64,000 bases of DNA from Octopus vulgaris (lineage: Eukaryota). The stretch is taken from the NCBI GenBank assembly GCA_951406725.2, contig OX597819.1, positions 8,804,001-8,868,000 on the forward strand. Direction: 5' to 3'. The translations under genes were made by a program, and so were the position numbers. The notes under the pieces are model-generated. The model ran no database searches. It was not told the DNA's origin and worked only from the letters and a program-made list of their open reading frames with translations. Below, piece after piece: positions 13,401 to 26,479 of the stretch (position 1 is the stretch's first letter; the number at the start of each line of letters is the position of its first letter).

Positions 13401-13929
13401 AAGAAAGAAAGAGAATATAACAGGTTTCATTCTGTTTCCGTCTTCTAGCCTACTAAATCCATTCTCAAGGATCTTAATGGACTGCAATAGTAAAAGTCAT
13501 TTACCTAAGGTACGCAAACTTCTTTCTACATAACCACACCTAGGTGCTCGTTTAAATTTTATTTACTCGCAACTTTCGACATCAGGAGAATTAGGGATAT
13601 TTTGCTTTGAGACAACAGTTTGAAGCAGTCCAAATCAGTAAATTCTTACGAAGTCAACATTACAAATTTTTACCATGAAAGTCTATTTAACAAATATTTC
13701 TAATTACGCGAAGGAATGAGAAAGAAAAAAAATTCTTAATAGTTGTATGTAGCCTAGCATTGTCTAACAAAATGGCTGGACCTAGTAAAAGTGCTGAGGA
13801 GTGTATAGGCATTTCACATCACATGTCATTACTGTAGGGAAAACTTAATGAAGTAAATTTTCATTTTATTTACGTATAGATACAGATATACCGCAATAAT
13901 TATTAGTAAAATGTTGTATTAACTTCTGT

Positions 13930-15420
13930 AAGCACAGGTCCAGCTCGGGGTGGCATTGTCATTGATATACTGCATCTCATGGGCTGAGATGGGCGGAGGT
14001 CCTCGTCTTTGCGTGGAGATGTGCGAGATTGAAGAGTCCAGTGGGATTTCGTTGGGCATGGCGGCCATGTACAAAAAGAAACAGGCGGGCACATGTCAGT
14101 TGTGCCTCGAAAGAGTCGAAAGCCACATTGGAACTCAAGGAAGACGCTTTCCGCGAGGATGAGGAGGTGACTGAGTAGGATACGGGCGAAGATATTGCTT
14201 GCAATACTCAGGATTGAGATGCCCCGATAGTTGTTGCAATCCTCTCGGTCTCCCCACTTGTGGATGGTGATGATAGTTGCATCACAGAAGTCGTTCGGAA
14301 GGATTTTGCTTACCCAGTTCTTTAGAATAACGGGCGTCAGATGATTTCCCAGCTCAGGACCTCCGTGCGTTAATAACTCAAACGGGATGTTGTCTGACTC
14401 CTGGTGCTTTTCCCGGATTCATGCGCTCGAATGCCGTGTTGAGCTCATGGGGCAGGGCCATCCAATGGTGGATGGGGAGCTGCGAGGGGGGTTTGTAGTG
14501 TGTAAGTGGTCGTTAAGTAGGCTCTCGTAATGCGACTTCCAGCGATCGAGGTTTCCCTGGGTGTCGGATATCGTAGAGCCAGCTGCGTTCTTCAGGCCAC
14601 CCACTGATGACCTTCTGGGTCGAAGATCTCCTTGGTTGCTGCACAAAAGCGGTGCAAGTCTCCTTGGTCCGCACAGTTTTGCATCTCCTCTGCTTTTCTC
14701 TGCCACCAGATGGTCTGAGCTTCTCTAAATCCCCGCTTCCTTTCTGCTGATGCTTGTTGGTGTTTTTGTTTGTAAGAAGGCGGTGATCCGTCCAGCAGCC
14801 ATCTGCACCAGGCAAGGAGCGGGTGATGCGTACATCTCGTCCATCCTTGGAGTCTGTCAGAACGTAGTCGAGGATGTGCCGGTGTTTAGACCGTGGGTAT
14901 TTCCAAGTCGTCTTTTGTCGGGTAGGGAGACGAAATAGGGAGTTGGTGATGACGACTTTGTGCTCGGCGCAAGGGCCCAGGAAGAGCTGGCTATTGGCAT
15001 TACATTTCCCAATGCCGTTCCACAGGCAATGGCCACTACCGACTCTGCCGTTAAAGTCCCCCAACACGATGAGTTTGTCATGCGCGGGGACTGTCTGGGT
15101 GGTGCGGTTCAGCAGACTGTAGAACGAAGCCTTGACGTCGTCTTAAGATAGGAGGGTAGGGGCGTACACAGAGATCAGCGTAAGGTGTCTGTCCCGAATG
15201 AGCGGGACCCGAACAGTCATCAGGCGCTCGCTGACAGCAGTTGGGACGAGTCTGTATTGATCCTCGAGTTTCGTTTTGATGGCAAGGCCAGCTCCAAGAA
15301 TGCGTAGCTCGTTAGGATTCTTTCTCCTCCAAAAAATGTGTTTGGAGCCAGCTTCTCTGATGCTGCCTTCTCCGGGAAGCCTAGTCTCGCTATTAATCAC
15401 GACAATTGTTTCGACACTCT
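13930..15420 (-). mobile_element. Decayed RTE (BovB-like) LINE: APE endonuclease plus start of RT
   Basis: Motifs SETRLPGEGSIRE, SERLMTVRVPL...TLISVYAPT, LGDFNGRVG, GIGKCNAN, TTWKYPRSKHRHILDYVL, CWTDHRLL spread over frameshifted ORFs 15143..15400 and 14513..15067; downstream NYRGISIL-like sequence. Confidence 0.88.
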
Positions 15421-16145
15421 AGCATCGATTCCTCATGGGTGGGACAGGAGCATCCGGCGGTACAGATGTATCTCGTCGGGTGGTAAATAAATACAACTTC
15501 TATTTTAACTTGTTAAAATAGAATTTCCACAATGTAACGTCCCGTTTTGTAGTAAGAAAATCAACCAGACGGAGGGAATATCTTCATTTATATAGATCAA
15601 AAATAAAATCACAGATGGCAAAGAGAGAAACGAACACGCAATCCAGCGAGAAAAGTATTTAAAATAACTGTTAACAAATATGGATGTATAAACACCCTCG
15701 GGTAAGCCGCATGGCGCGAGTACACTCACTCATACAAGCATCCGCAAAAATGTGAGCATACGCACATGTGAGTTAGTTATTTGCTTAATGTTTATAAGAA
15801 TGGGGAGGTTAAAAGTAAATTTAAGTCATCCATACCTTAAAGTAAATTAAATTATGTTAACAGCTACTCAAAATTTATTCCCACAGCATTGTGTGAAAGT
15901 ACATTTATATGCGTGTAGGCATCTCGTGAGTCGTTCAAAAATTCTATTAATGATCGTAAGTCCACAGAATAGACAGGGATTCCTCAGAGCAGAGACGGCA
16001 TCTGCTGGAAATTGTATTGTATGATTTCGCGTACCTTACTATCGACCAAGTTATGCCGTACCCAATCCTCCTTTAGTCGCCATACAAAATCTGCCGAAGA
16101 TGTTGAATGTCTCTTTTTAATTGCCTTAAAGATGGCAACACGGTT

Positions 16146-16525
16146 ACTCTTTTACTTGTTTCAGTCATTTGACTGTGGCCATGCTGGAGCACCGCCTGTA
16201 GTCGAGCAAATCGACCCTGGGACTTATTCTTTGTAAGCCCAGTACTTATTCTATCGGTCTCTTTTGCCGAACCACTAAGTGACGGGGACGTAAACACACC
16301 AGCATCGGTTGTCAAGAAATGCTAGGGGGACAAACACACACACACAAACACATACACATATATATATATATACATATATACGACAGGCTTCTTTCAGTTT
16401 CCGTCTACCAAATCCACTCACAAGGCATTGGTCGGCCCGGGGCTATAGCAGAAGACACTTGGGAATGAACCCGGAACCATGTGGTTGGTTAGCAAGCTAC
16501 TTACCACACAGCCACACCTGCGCCT
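16146..16525 (-). mobile_element. SINE family A (small internal deletion)
   Basis: Identity to other copies. Confidence 0.9.
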
Positions 16526-16829
16526 ATGGCAACACGGTTACGATAACGATTCTTAAATGATTTAGCTGTCTGCCCTTGTGTTTACGGTACATTTACTGAC
16601 AAGATTTGTACTCATACAGAGGAGGGCATTTTGATTTTTCTCTGCATGAGTATTTTATCGTATTTATTTGTACATAAGGCAGTCCTGACTCCATTTACCG
16701 GCGTTGTTACCGTGTTAGCGGTATCATAAGTATTTCTACTACTACAAATTGGTCGTAATTGTTGTTTATCATTGCGGTTTATATCTCCTTGGTTAGTATT
16801 TAGATGCAAATGTTTGCTAGATCCAGTAG

Positions 16830-17060
16830 GTCGGTTATTGAACCGTTGCCGCATTTTGTTATTGTTTATGCGATGCATACGCTGCTCTAAACTAGCAGAG
16901 TCGGCGTAGGATACCTTCACTGTGTGTCGATTAAAAATAGCATGATACCGATTAGATTTAGGAAAACACTTGTCCAAAGCAGCAACAAATTTTCCAGTGA
17001 GCTTGGTTAAAACATGCGAAACGAAAATCGGGTTGAACCAGAGGACATCCTGATTCCTGT
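16830..17060 (-). mobile_element. Fragment of a second Penelope-like family (RT thumb/linker region)
   Basis: WFNPIF...LTGKFVAALDKCFPKSNRYHAIFNRHTVKVSY matches the PLE motif WFNPP...IG..F...DKHFP......IFNR...KVSY. Confidence 0.7.
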
Positions 17061-17205
17061 ATCAGTTATTAGGATTATTTGATCGAGTCTGTTGTACAGG
17101 AGTGGATCAAGCAGTTGGATTATATATATATTTATAGATATAGATATAGATGTATATATGTGTGTGTGTGCGTTGCGTGTCTGTGTGTGTGCGTGTGCGT
17201 ATGCA

Positions 17206-17276
<71 letters not shown>

Positions 17277-17772
17277 GTGAAAATGAAAAACTGCATGGGA
17301 TGTCCAGCTAGCCGGGTGTCATTTCTCTCGCTTCTCAATATCTTTTTTTTCCTCTTCTATTTATTCTATATTCTTTCAAAATTTCTCTCGGGCGTTACCC
17401 ATTACAATTCGTCTTGGCCTAACAGCCCTAAACGTCTGTCGTCGTCGATCATTTCTGTTCGTCCACTCTGGTGTCGCTTGTTCGTTCGAAGCCCTAACAC
17501 TCCACAAATTTTATATTTTAAAAATTTGTGGATAAGACAGTAGTCTTATGAGATTTTCCTGCTTTGTCTTTAAAAGCACGAAACAGGTAGTAATGAACAG
17601 TCGCCAACTGAAGAGACGTTAGTCGTCTTTTGGTATTTTGTCCCGAACTTATTTTTGGTTGTGCGTTTACGTATTTTTCGCTCGTTGGTGATGTCCTGTA
17701 CTTAATATGTATTTTTTCATTTTTCTTAAATAATTGAACGCCACGCAGCCTTTGTCAACAGCATGTCTTTAC

Positions 17773-17839
<67 letters not shown>

Positions 17840-17840
17840 T

Positions 17841-18078
17841 GTGTGATAAATAAAATATATGCATACATACAAACATATATGTACGTACCGACATCTACAT
17901 GTATATATACATGCATATATAAATATATATACGTACAGGACACCACAAGAAGACGTAAAAATCAACCTTCTTGTGGTGTCCTGTACGTATATATATTTAT
18001 ATATGCATGTATATATACATGTAGATGTCGGTACGTACATATATGTTTGTATGTATGCATATATTTTATTTATCACAC
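17841..18078. repeat. Perfect inverted repeat, 112-nt arms with 14-nt spacer, in a (TA)n-flanked element (~17837-18177)
   Basis: 17841-17952 is the reverse complement of 17967-18078. Confidence 0.95.
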
Positions 18079-18171
18079 TATTGTCTGACAGTGCTTCGCG
18101 TCGGGTTCGTTTGAATTTTCGATTTTTCGAATTCTCACTTCGTTCCGTCTCTTTCCTCCCAGTTTGTTTTA

Positions 18172-18263
<92 letters not shown>

Positions 18264-18274
18264 GTGGGAGGTGC

Positions 18275-18465
18275 TTTTGTGTCTCTGTTTGTTCTGCACC
18301 ACTGCTTGACAGCCGATGTTGGTATGGTTACATTCGGCAAAAGTGACCCATAGAATAGGTACCAGGACTTACATGAAAAAATAAGTACTGGGGTCGATTA
18401 ATTTCACTAAAATCTCTTCAACATGTTGCTGCAGCATGGCCGCAGTCAAATGACTGAAACAAGTA
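18275..18465 (+). mobile_element. SINE family A, diverged 3' half
   Basis: cttgacagccgatgttgg ... gcagtcaaatgactgaaacaagta. Confidence 0.75.
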
Positions 18466-18791
18466 GTATATGGAAGACATAGATATATCACAATAATTAT
18501 TAGTAAAATTTCATTTTAAATTCTGTATTTATTCATATAATTTTTGCGTATTTTTATCTTGAACCATCGGGTGGATTGCATGGCTGCCACAATTCTGAGT
18601 AAGTCAACACCCCGTACAACATCCCGCACAAACTGAAGATTGTTATCCGCTTTGTAAAGTCATTTATTCAAGCAGTTAATACCTATAACTACATGTGTGT
18701 GTGTGTGTGTGTTTGTGTGCGCGCGCGCATTGTGTGCGTGTGTATCAAAGTATTGATAAGCCTAGGTAAACCTGGCACACTTGTTAGTTAA

Positions 18792-18830
<39 letters not shown>

Positions 18831-18965
18831 CTGTGAGAGAGAGAGAGTATGTGTATACACACATACTCATGCACGCACAGAGACACATACACACACAAGC
18901 AATTATTTGTAGGAGTGAGGTTAGGCACTATGTGTCACTAAATCTACGTAGATCGGTTTTCTATC

Positions 18966-19377
18966 TACTCTTTTACTCTTTTACTTGTTTCAGTCATTTG
19001 ACTGCGGCCATGCTGGAGCACCGCCTTTAATCGAGCAACTCGACCCCGGGACTTATTCTTTTGTAAGCCCAGTATTTATTCTATCGGTCTCTTTTGCCGA
19101 ACCGCTAAGTAACGGGGACGTAAACACGCCAGCATCGGTTGTCAAGCAATGCTAGGGGGACAAACACAGACACACAAACATACACGCACACACATATATA
19201 TATACATATATACAACAGGCTTCTTTCAGTTTCCGTCTACCAAATCCACTCACAAGGCATTGGTCGGCCCGGGGCTATAGCAGAAGACACTTGCCCAAGA
19301 TGCCACGCAGTGGGACTGAACCCGGAACCATTTGGTTGGTTAGCAAGCTACTTACCACACAGCCACACCTGCGCCTA
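18966..19377 (-). mobile_element. SINE family A
   Basis: Identity to other copies. Confidence 0.9.
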
Positions 19378-19619
19378 TCTGGATATCTTAACATTGCAAA
19401 TAAGTTTTTAACACATTGCGTTAAATATAAATCCTATCATTTATCTTTCCATCAATCCACCTGTTGCCCCTGAGATCTTTTATCCTGTCCAGTTAGCAAA
19501 TACAGCTTAACTAGAGGATACATATGAGTGTGGTTCAATTTGTTTACGTTTCAGTTGTGTGTATCTACGCATTCACATACACATCCATACATATATATAC
19601 AAATGCATACCTACGTATT

Positions 19620-20130
<511 letters not shown>

Positions 20131-20333
20131 ACGGGAAGCTTTATGAAAATAAACAAAAGACGAAGGCAGGTGGAATACAAACAAACAATTGTATTAGTAT
20201 GGCGCTCAAGAATATAAATAAAACAAGTCTTTTACGTTTCGAGCCTACGCTCTTCAACAGAAAGATACACAGAAAAGAAACACGGAGAGAAACAAGGAAG
20301 AAAAAAAATGCGTGCAGAAGCTAACGAATCAAC

Positions 20334-20335
<2 letters not shown>
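20131..20335 (-). mobile_element. (TA)n-flanked repeat carrying a minimal HHR (PLE pLTR/retrozyme-like); second copy 46017-46440, fragment 42045-42125
   Basis: acgggaagctttatgaaaataaacaaaagacgaaggcagg... recurs at 46017 and partly at 42045. Confidence 0.7.
20228..20265 (-). ncRNA. Minimal type-I hammerhead-like motif (variant core)
   Basis: tcttt CTGTTGA a gagc-gtag-gctc GAAA cg TA aaaga: stem I tcttt/aaaga, 4-bp stem II, palindromic ACGT stem III; A6 is replaced by U. Confidence 0.55.
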
Positions 20336-20382
<47 letters not shown>

Positions 20383-20459
20383 TTGAGTTGTGGGGTATCG
20401 CACGAGTGGGATTATATAAGAAAAAAGGTTTGAAAATGCAATTTAAACGATGTTTATTT

Positions 20460-20500
20460 ACTTAACCGGTTTCACTCTTTGGTAAAAGATTGTCAAAAGT
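20460..20500 (-). ncRNA. Hammerhead-like motif (U3:A8 variant) near the PLE 3' end, left arm
   Basis: actt TTGACAA tcttt-tacc-aaaga gt GAAA ccgg TT aagt; two extra nt before GAAA make it atypical. Confidence 0.5.
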
Positions 20501-20520
20501 TACATTTAAGGAAACATTGA

Positions 20521-20745
20521 ATAATATGGGTTCAAAAAAAGTTTTTTACATAATTGTCACATTGAATATTATGCATTCAAAAAAGTTTTTTACATAATTG
20601 TCACATTGGATATTATGGGTTCAAAAAAAGTTTTTTACATAATTGTCACATTGAATATTATGCATTCAAAAAAGTTTTTTACATAATTGTCACATTGGAT
20701 ATTATGAATTCAAAAATGTTTTTTTATACATAATTGTCACATTAT
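20521..20745. repeat. ~44-nt tandem repeat x5 in the left PLE arm (x4 in the right arm, ~27058-27240)
   Basis: Unit atattatgcattcaaaaaagttttttacataattgtcacattg. Confidence 0.9.
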
Positions 20746-21306
20746 TTGGGAAAATTTGGCAGAAAAGGATAAAACAAATATATTATTGGGAATTGGTTGC
20801 GTTAATTATTGGTTGTCGCAAATTGTCACATTACATGTATATATATACAATCTTTGGTATATATATACAGCGTTTTGACAGCAAAAATTAAAATGGCTTT
20901 TTTGTACATCTCAGAATATTTTAAGTATGTTTTTACTGACCTGTCAGTATTAGCAGAAAGGCTGAACTGAGAGAACAGAAGAAGTAGCCAATGTGGTGTA
21001 TACTTCCCCTTTATGCATGAATGATTTTGGGGTTATCAGGAGGTTAGTATGCGGGTGTGAATAGATGTGTCCGTGCCTGCTGGTCAGACAGCGTCTGTTT
21101 GTCACACACATATATATACACACAAACACACACACACACAACAACACACACACACACACACATAGTATACAAACACACACCACATACAAACAACACACAC
21201 ACACACAGAACACACACACCCACACACAACGCACCCACATATATCACATATACACACAGCACACAAATATAACATGTATCTATATATAACATACACAGAT
21301 ATATAA

Positions 21307-21363
<57 letters not shown>

Positions 21364-22159
21364 CACACGCACACATACATACATAATATAAATATCACAC
21401 AAATACACCTAGCATATATATACACACATACAATACACACATACAGCATGTAAGTAATATATATACACAATATATGCATGCAATATACATACGTAATACA
21501 TACATATAATATATATATATATAGACAATGCATATACATATATACACATATACATATAAATAGTGTTTACATACACATACATAGATGTACCACATATACA
21601 CACAACACACATACATACAATGCATACACATACACATACGCATACATATAATATATATATACACACACACACACACATAACATACATACACACACAATGC
21701 ATACATATATATACACGCAATGCATATACATGTATTCATGCACATATAACACACCTACAATATACATATATACAGTGCACACATACACACAAATATATAC
21801 ACTTAATTGTACACGTACATATACAATACACATACATACAATATACATATACACAATGCGCATGCAAATAATGTACATGTTTATACACACATAAACATGC
21901 AAATAAATATACACACACATACATACACACACACACATATATATACACATATATATATATATACACACATACATACATACATACATGCACATACATATAT
22001 TTTTTCACACACATATATATATATATAAAAAATTCATCACCCCCCACACACACAAATTACAAACCTATAGCGTACACACTCAAATATATCTCTACATGCC
22101 GCACATACACACAAACAAAGTACTAACATATACACACATACCATGCATATACACACACA

Positions 22160-22204
<45 letters not shown>

Positions 22205-22377
22205 CAGATACATATGTAAATACATACACACGTACACAATGCTCACACACACACACACACACACATACACACACACCCGCACACAGTGCACACACACACA
22301 CACATATATACACACGTGCACACACACACACACATACAACGCGCGCACACACACATATACACACACACGCACACAGT

Positions 22378-22417
<40 letters not shown>

Positions 22418-22602
22418 CACTCACACACATACATCACCTACATATATATAATGCATGCGTGTGCATGCCACGTATGTGTGCGGTCAATGCCCGCTAGTGT
22501 GTCCTATGCGTGCCGATGCGCGCATGTGCCCGCCCGCACGATATGCTGTGAGCGTGCGCGCGTCCCTGTGTGCTTGCTCTGGATGTGCTTCCAGGGGGTA
22601 TG

Positions 22603-23260
22603 TTAGAGTATGTTTAGTTGTGGTCTGTATTTTTGAATAAGATTACTTTCCTTATTTATTCGTGTTTGGTCTGTGGTGTTGTCCGAGCATTGGTATAGTG
22701 GGAAGACTAAGAATTTGGGGGACTTATTGTGTGCACAAAGGTCTAAGTGTCCACTTAGTGGTATCTGTCTTGTGGAGGGGTCCCTCAGTTGTTGTCGGTG
22801 AACTGTCATTCTGTCTCTGAGGGTAAGGCTCGTTTGCCCTATGTAGTCTTCGTGGCATCCTTCACACCTTATGACGTAGAGTAAATTTTTTGATGCGCAC
22901 GTGAAGTTATTTTTTATGATGAATGTGTGTCCCGAGTGGAACTTGTACGACGATCCCTCAATGAGGTGGATGCAGGTCTTACAGTTGGGGCGACCACATT
23001 TTTTGATGGTGGGCGGTGGGTTTGTGTTGTGTAATTTTGCGTTGGTGAGGAGGTTTTTTAGGGATTTAGGTTGTCTCTTACTTTTTATTATTTTATGAGC
23101 TGCCAGTATTTTTTTCAGGCGTGGGTCTTGATTTAGTTGTGGAATGTTGTTGTATATAATAGTGTAAGCTTCTGCATTCCTTGGGTTGTGTGTTGAGAGA
23201 TAAGGGAGGCTATTGACTGTACTGTGGATGTGTTTGGGTTTTCGAAGGTCTTGAATATTG
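22603..23260 (-). CDS. PLE Cys-rich linker + GIY-YIG endonuclease (frameshifted continuation of the RT ORF)
   Basis: Hand translation: LPYLSTHNPRN...SKRQPKSLKNLLTNAK...CGRPNCKTC...FTCASKNLLYVIRCEGCHEDYIGQT..TLRDRMTVHRQQ...RINKESNLIQKYRPQLNIL*. Confidence 0.88.
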
Positions 23261-24875
23261 ATTTGGCCCGTTCTATTCCGTTGTCTACTAGTGATACCGG
23301 GTAATGTCTTTCGAGAAGAATTGCCCTTAGTTCCCGGAGTCTTCTATTTCGTGTTGTGTCATTTGAGACAATAGTGCAGATTCTTCTCGCTAGGTTGAAG
23401 GGGATATTTGTCTTTGTGTGTTTTGGGTGATTGGAGGTGAATAGAAGGTATTGTTTGGAGTCAGTGGGTTTGTAATGGATGTCAGTTTCAATGTTGACGC
23501 CTTTTTTAATGATTAGGATGTCAAGAAAAGGGAGTTGGTCCTGACTATATTCCATTGTGAATTGAATGTTGTTATTTACACTGTTGATAAGGTTTTTGAA
23601 GTCTATAAGTTGGTCGAGTGTGTGGGACCATAGGATGAGGCAATCATCTAAGTAGCGTTTCCAGTTCTCCAACAGGTATTTGTGGAAAGACTGGCCGTAC
23701 TTATATTTGGATTTTTCATAGATATGTGATTCCAGGTAGGCCATCACCAGGTTTGCATAGGTAGGTGCAACTTTCGTACCCATTGCAGTCCCTGAGACCT
23801 GTCTGTAAGTGTTGTTGTGGAAATACATGAAGTTGTTTTGCAGAATAAATTTGAGGCCCTCAATTATGAATTCTTTTTTAATTCTTTCCGGGATCTCATT
23901 GGGATATTTATCCAGCCAGAATTTAATGGCTTCCAGTCCAAATTCATGTGGGATTGTGGTGTAAAGATTAATAACATCAAAAGAAACGATTAAGGTGTCT
24001 TTATCGGCATGTTTGGGGAGATGGTTTAATAGGTCCAGGTCATCTCTTACAATACTTGGAATGTGTTTCAGTATTGGCTTTAAGATGATATCTATAAAGT
24101 TGCTAAGTCTGTGTGTTTCACAACTTGGGCCTGCCACTATTGGTCTCAGTTTGAGATCAGTGGGATGTGGTATAGTGATGCAGGTTGAAGTGGACTTTTT
24201 GCAAGCTTCTGTGATAATTTGACTCTTGTGTATTTTTGGAAGCCCATAGAGTGTGCTGGTTTTGCAATTAAATTTAGTAATGTAGTCGCATTCCTTTGCT
24301 GTCAAGTCATTCCGGTGTTGGTAAATGAGTGCCTTCAGATTGGTCATTGTTTTGGATTGCTGGTAGTCGACTACTCTTTCGTAGTATGTGGTATCCTCTA
24401 AAAGGAGAGATACAGAGTTTTTATACTGCTCAGTATTCATAATAACGACCGTACTACCCTTATCAGCTTCCTTTATTGTGACGTCATGAGTGTCTCGTAG
24501 CGTATGGATGATTTCCCATTCTCTTTTACTGGTGTTGGGTTTGAGTTTAGGTTGTGGGAGTTCACCATAAGGGAAGTTGGAGATGTAATCGCAAAATTTG
24601 TCTAAGGTTTTGTTTTTGCCTTTTATGGGATTATAGTTGCTTTTGTTACAGACCATTGATTCGTCGTTATTATTAGTTTTTCTGTCAAAAAATTCCTCTG
24701 TGAGGCGTAATTTTCTGCAAAAGTGCGAGATGTCATCCTGTATTTCCCTCAGGTTAGGGTATTGCGGAGTTGGGGTGAATTTTAGTCCTCTTGAAAGGAT
24801 TTTTATTTGTGGTGTCGACAGGTTTAGGTTAGAAAGATTCACTATTTTTGGTTTTTCGGGGTTGGTATCTACCAT
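23133..24875 (-). CDS. PLE reverse transcriptase
   Basis: 580 aa with IKEADKG, LYGLPKIHK, LRPIV, SFDVINLYT, GTAMGT..APTYANL, RYLDD, LPFLD, YKPTDSKQYL..SNHP; the last ~40 aa are out of frame after a frameshift near 23260. Confidence 0.95.
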   Translation of the reverse strand: MVDTNPEKPKIVNLSNLNLSTPQIKILSRGLKFTPTPQYPNLREIQDDISHFCRKLRLTEEFFDRKTNNNDESMVCNKSNYNPIKGKNKTLDKFCDYISNFPYGELPQPKLKPNTSKREWEIIHTLRDTHDVTIKEADKGSTVVIMNTEQYKNSVSLLLEDTTYYERVVDYQQSKTMTNLKALIYQHRNDLTAKECDYITKFNCKTSTLYGLPKIHKSQIITEACKKSTSTCITIPHPTDLKLRPIVAGPSCETHRLSNFIDIILKPILKHIPSIVRDDLDLLNHLPKHADKDTLIVSFDVINLYTTIPHEFGLEAIKFWLDKYPNEIPERIKKEFIIEGLKFILQNNFMYFHNNTYRQVSGTAMGTKVAPTYANLVMAYLESHIYEKSKYKYGQSFHKYLLENWKRYLDDCLILWSHTLDQLIDFKNLINSVNNNIQFTMEYSQDQLPFLDILIIKKGVNIETDIHYKPTDSKQYLLFTSNHPKHTKTNIPFNLARRICTIVSNDTTRNRRLRELRAILLERHYPVSLVDNGIERAKSIFKTFENPNTSTVQSIASLISQHTTQGMQKLTLLYTTTFHN

Positions 24876-24974
24876 CTGGTGTCGTGGAAACTGATGCCCT
24901 TGCCTAAAAAAGGAATCCTGGGGGTTCTTCTATTTGCGGTATTTTGCTGTATGTGATTCTGTCCCCCGTTGACA

Positions 24975-25408
24975 GAAGACTACATAGGGCAAACGAGCCT
25001 TACCCTCAGAGACAGAATGACAGTTCACCGACAACAACTGAGGGACCCCTCCACAAGACAGATACCACTAAGTGGACACTTAGACCTTTGTGCACACAAT
25101 AAGTCCCCCAAATTCTTAGTCTTCCCACTATACCAATGCTCGGACAACACCACAGACCAAACACGAATAAATAAGGAAAGTAATCTTATTCAAAAATACA
25201 GACCACAACTAAACATACTCTAACATACCCCCTGGAAGCACATCCAGAGCAAGCACACAGGGACGCGCGCACGCTCACAGCATATCGTGCGGGCGGGCAC
25301 ATGCGCGCATCGGCACGCATAGGACACACTAGCGGGCATTGACCGCACACATACGTGGCATGCACACGCATGCATTATATATATGTAGGTGATGTATGTG
25401 TGTGAGTG

Positions 25409-25458
<50 letters not shown>

Positions 25459-25606
25459 GTGCGCGTGTTGTATGTGTGTGTGTGTGTGCACGTGTGTATA
25501 TATGTGTGTGTGTGTGTGCTGTGTGTGCGGGTGTGTGTGTATGTGTGTGTGTGTGTGTGTGTGAGCATTGTGTACGTGTGTATGTATTTACATATGTATC
25601 TGTTTT

Positions 25607-25647
<41 letters not shown>

Positions 25648-26429
25648 TGTGTGTGTATATGCATGGTATGTGTGTATATGTTAGTACTTTGTTTGTGTGT
25701 ATGTGCGGCATGTAGAGATATATTTGAGTGTGTACGCTATAGGTTTGTAATTTGTGTGTGTGGGGGGTGGTGAATTTTTTATATATATATATATATGTGT
25801 GTGAAAAAATATATGTATGTGCATGTATGTATGTATGTATGTGTGTATATATATATATATGTGTATATATATGTGTGTGTGTGTATGTGTGTGTGTATAT
25901 TTATTTGCATGTTTATGTGTGTATAAACATGTACATTATTTGCATGCGCATTGTGTATATGTATATTGTATGTATGTGTATTGTATATGTACGTGTACAA
26001 TTAAGTGTATATATTTGTGTGTATGTGTGCACTGTATATATGTATATTGTAGGTGTGCTATATGTGCATGAATACATGTATATGCATTGCGTGTATATAT
26101 ATGTATGCATTGTGTGTGTATGTATGTTATGTGTGTGTGTGTGTATATATATATTATATGTATGCGTATGTGTATGTGTATGCATTGTATGTATGTGTGT
26201 TGTGTGTATATGTGGTACATCTATGTATGTGTATGTAAACACTATTTATATGTATATGTGTATATATGTATATGCATTGTCTATATATATATATATTATA
26301 TGTATGTATTACGTATGTATATTGCATGCATATATTGTGTATATATATTACTTACATGCTGTATGTGTGTATTGTATGTGTGTATATATATGCTAGGTGT
26401 ATTTGTGTGATATTTATATTATGTATGTA

Positions 26430-26479
<50 letters not shown>

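Noticed and set aside
17540-17630. CTTATGA...GAAA cagg TA and CTGAAGA gac-gtta-gtc motifs
   Set aside because: The first lacks stem I and the second lacks GAAA; not supportable as ribozymes
20521-20745. Regular ~44-nt repeats resembling a CRISPR array
   Set aside because: Head-to-tail tandem units with no unique spacers; eukaryotic context; no cas genes
24969-25223. Separate plus-strand nuclease gene
   Set aside because: It is the inverted duplicate of the PLE GIY-YIG C-terminus and lacks the first half of the motif
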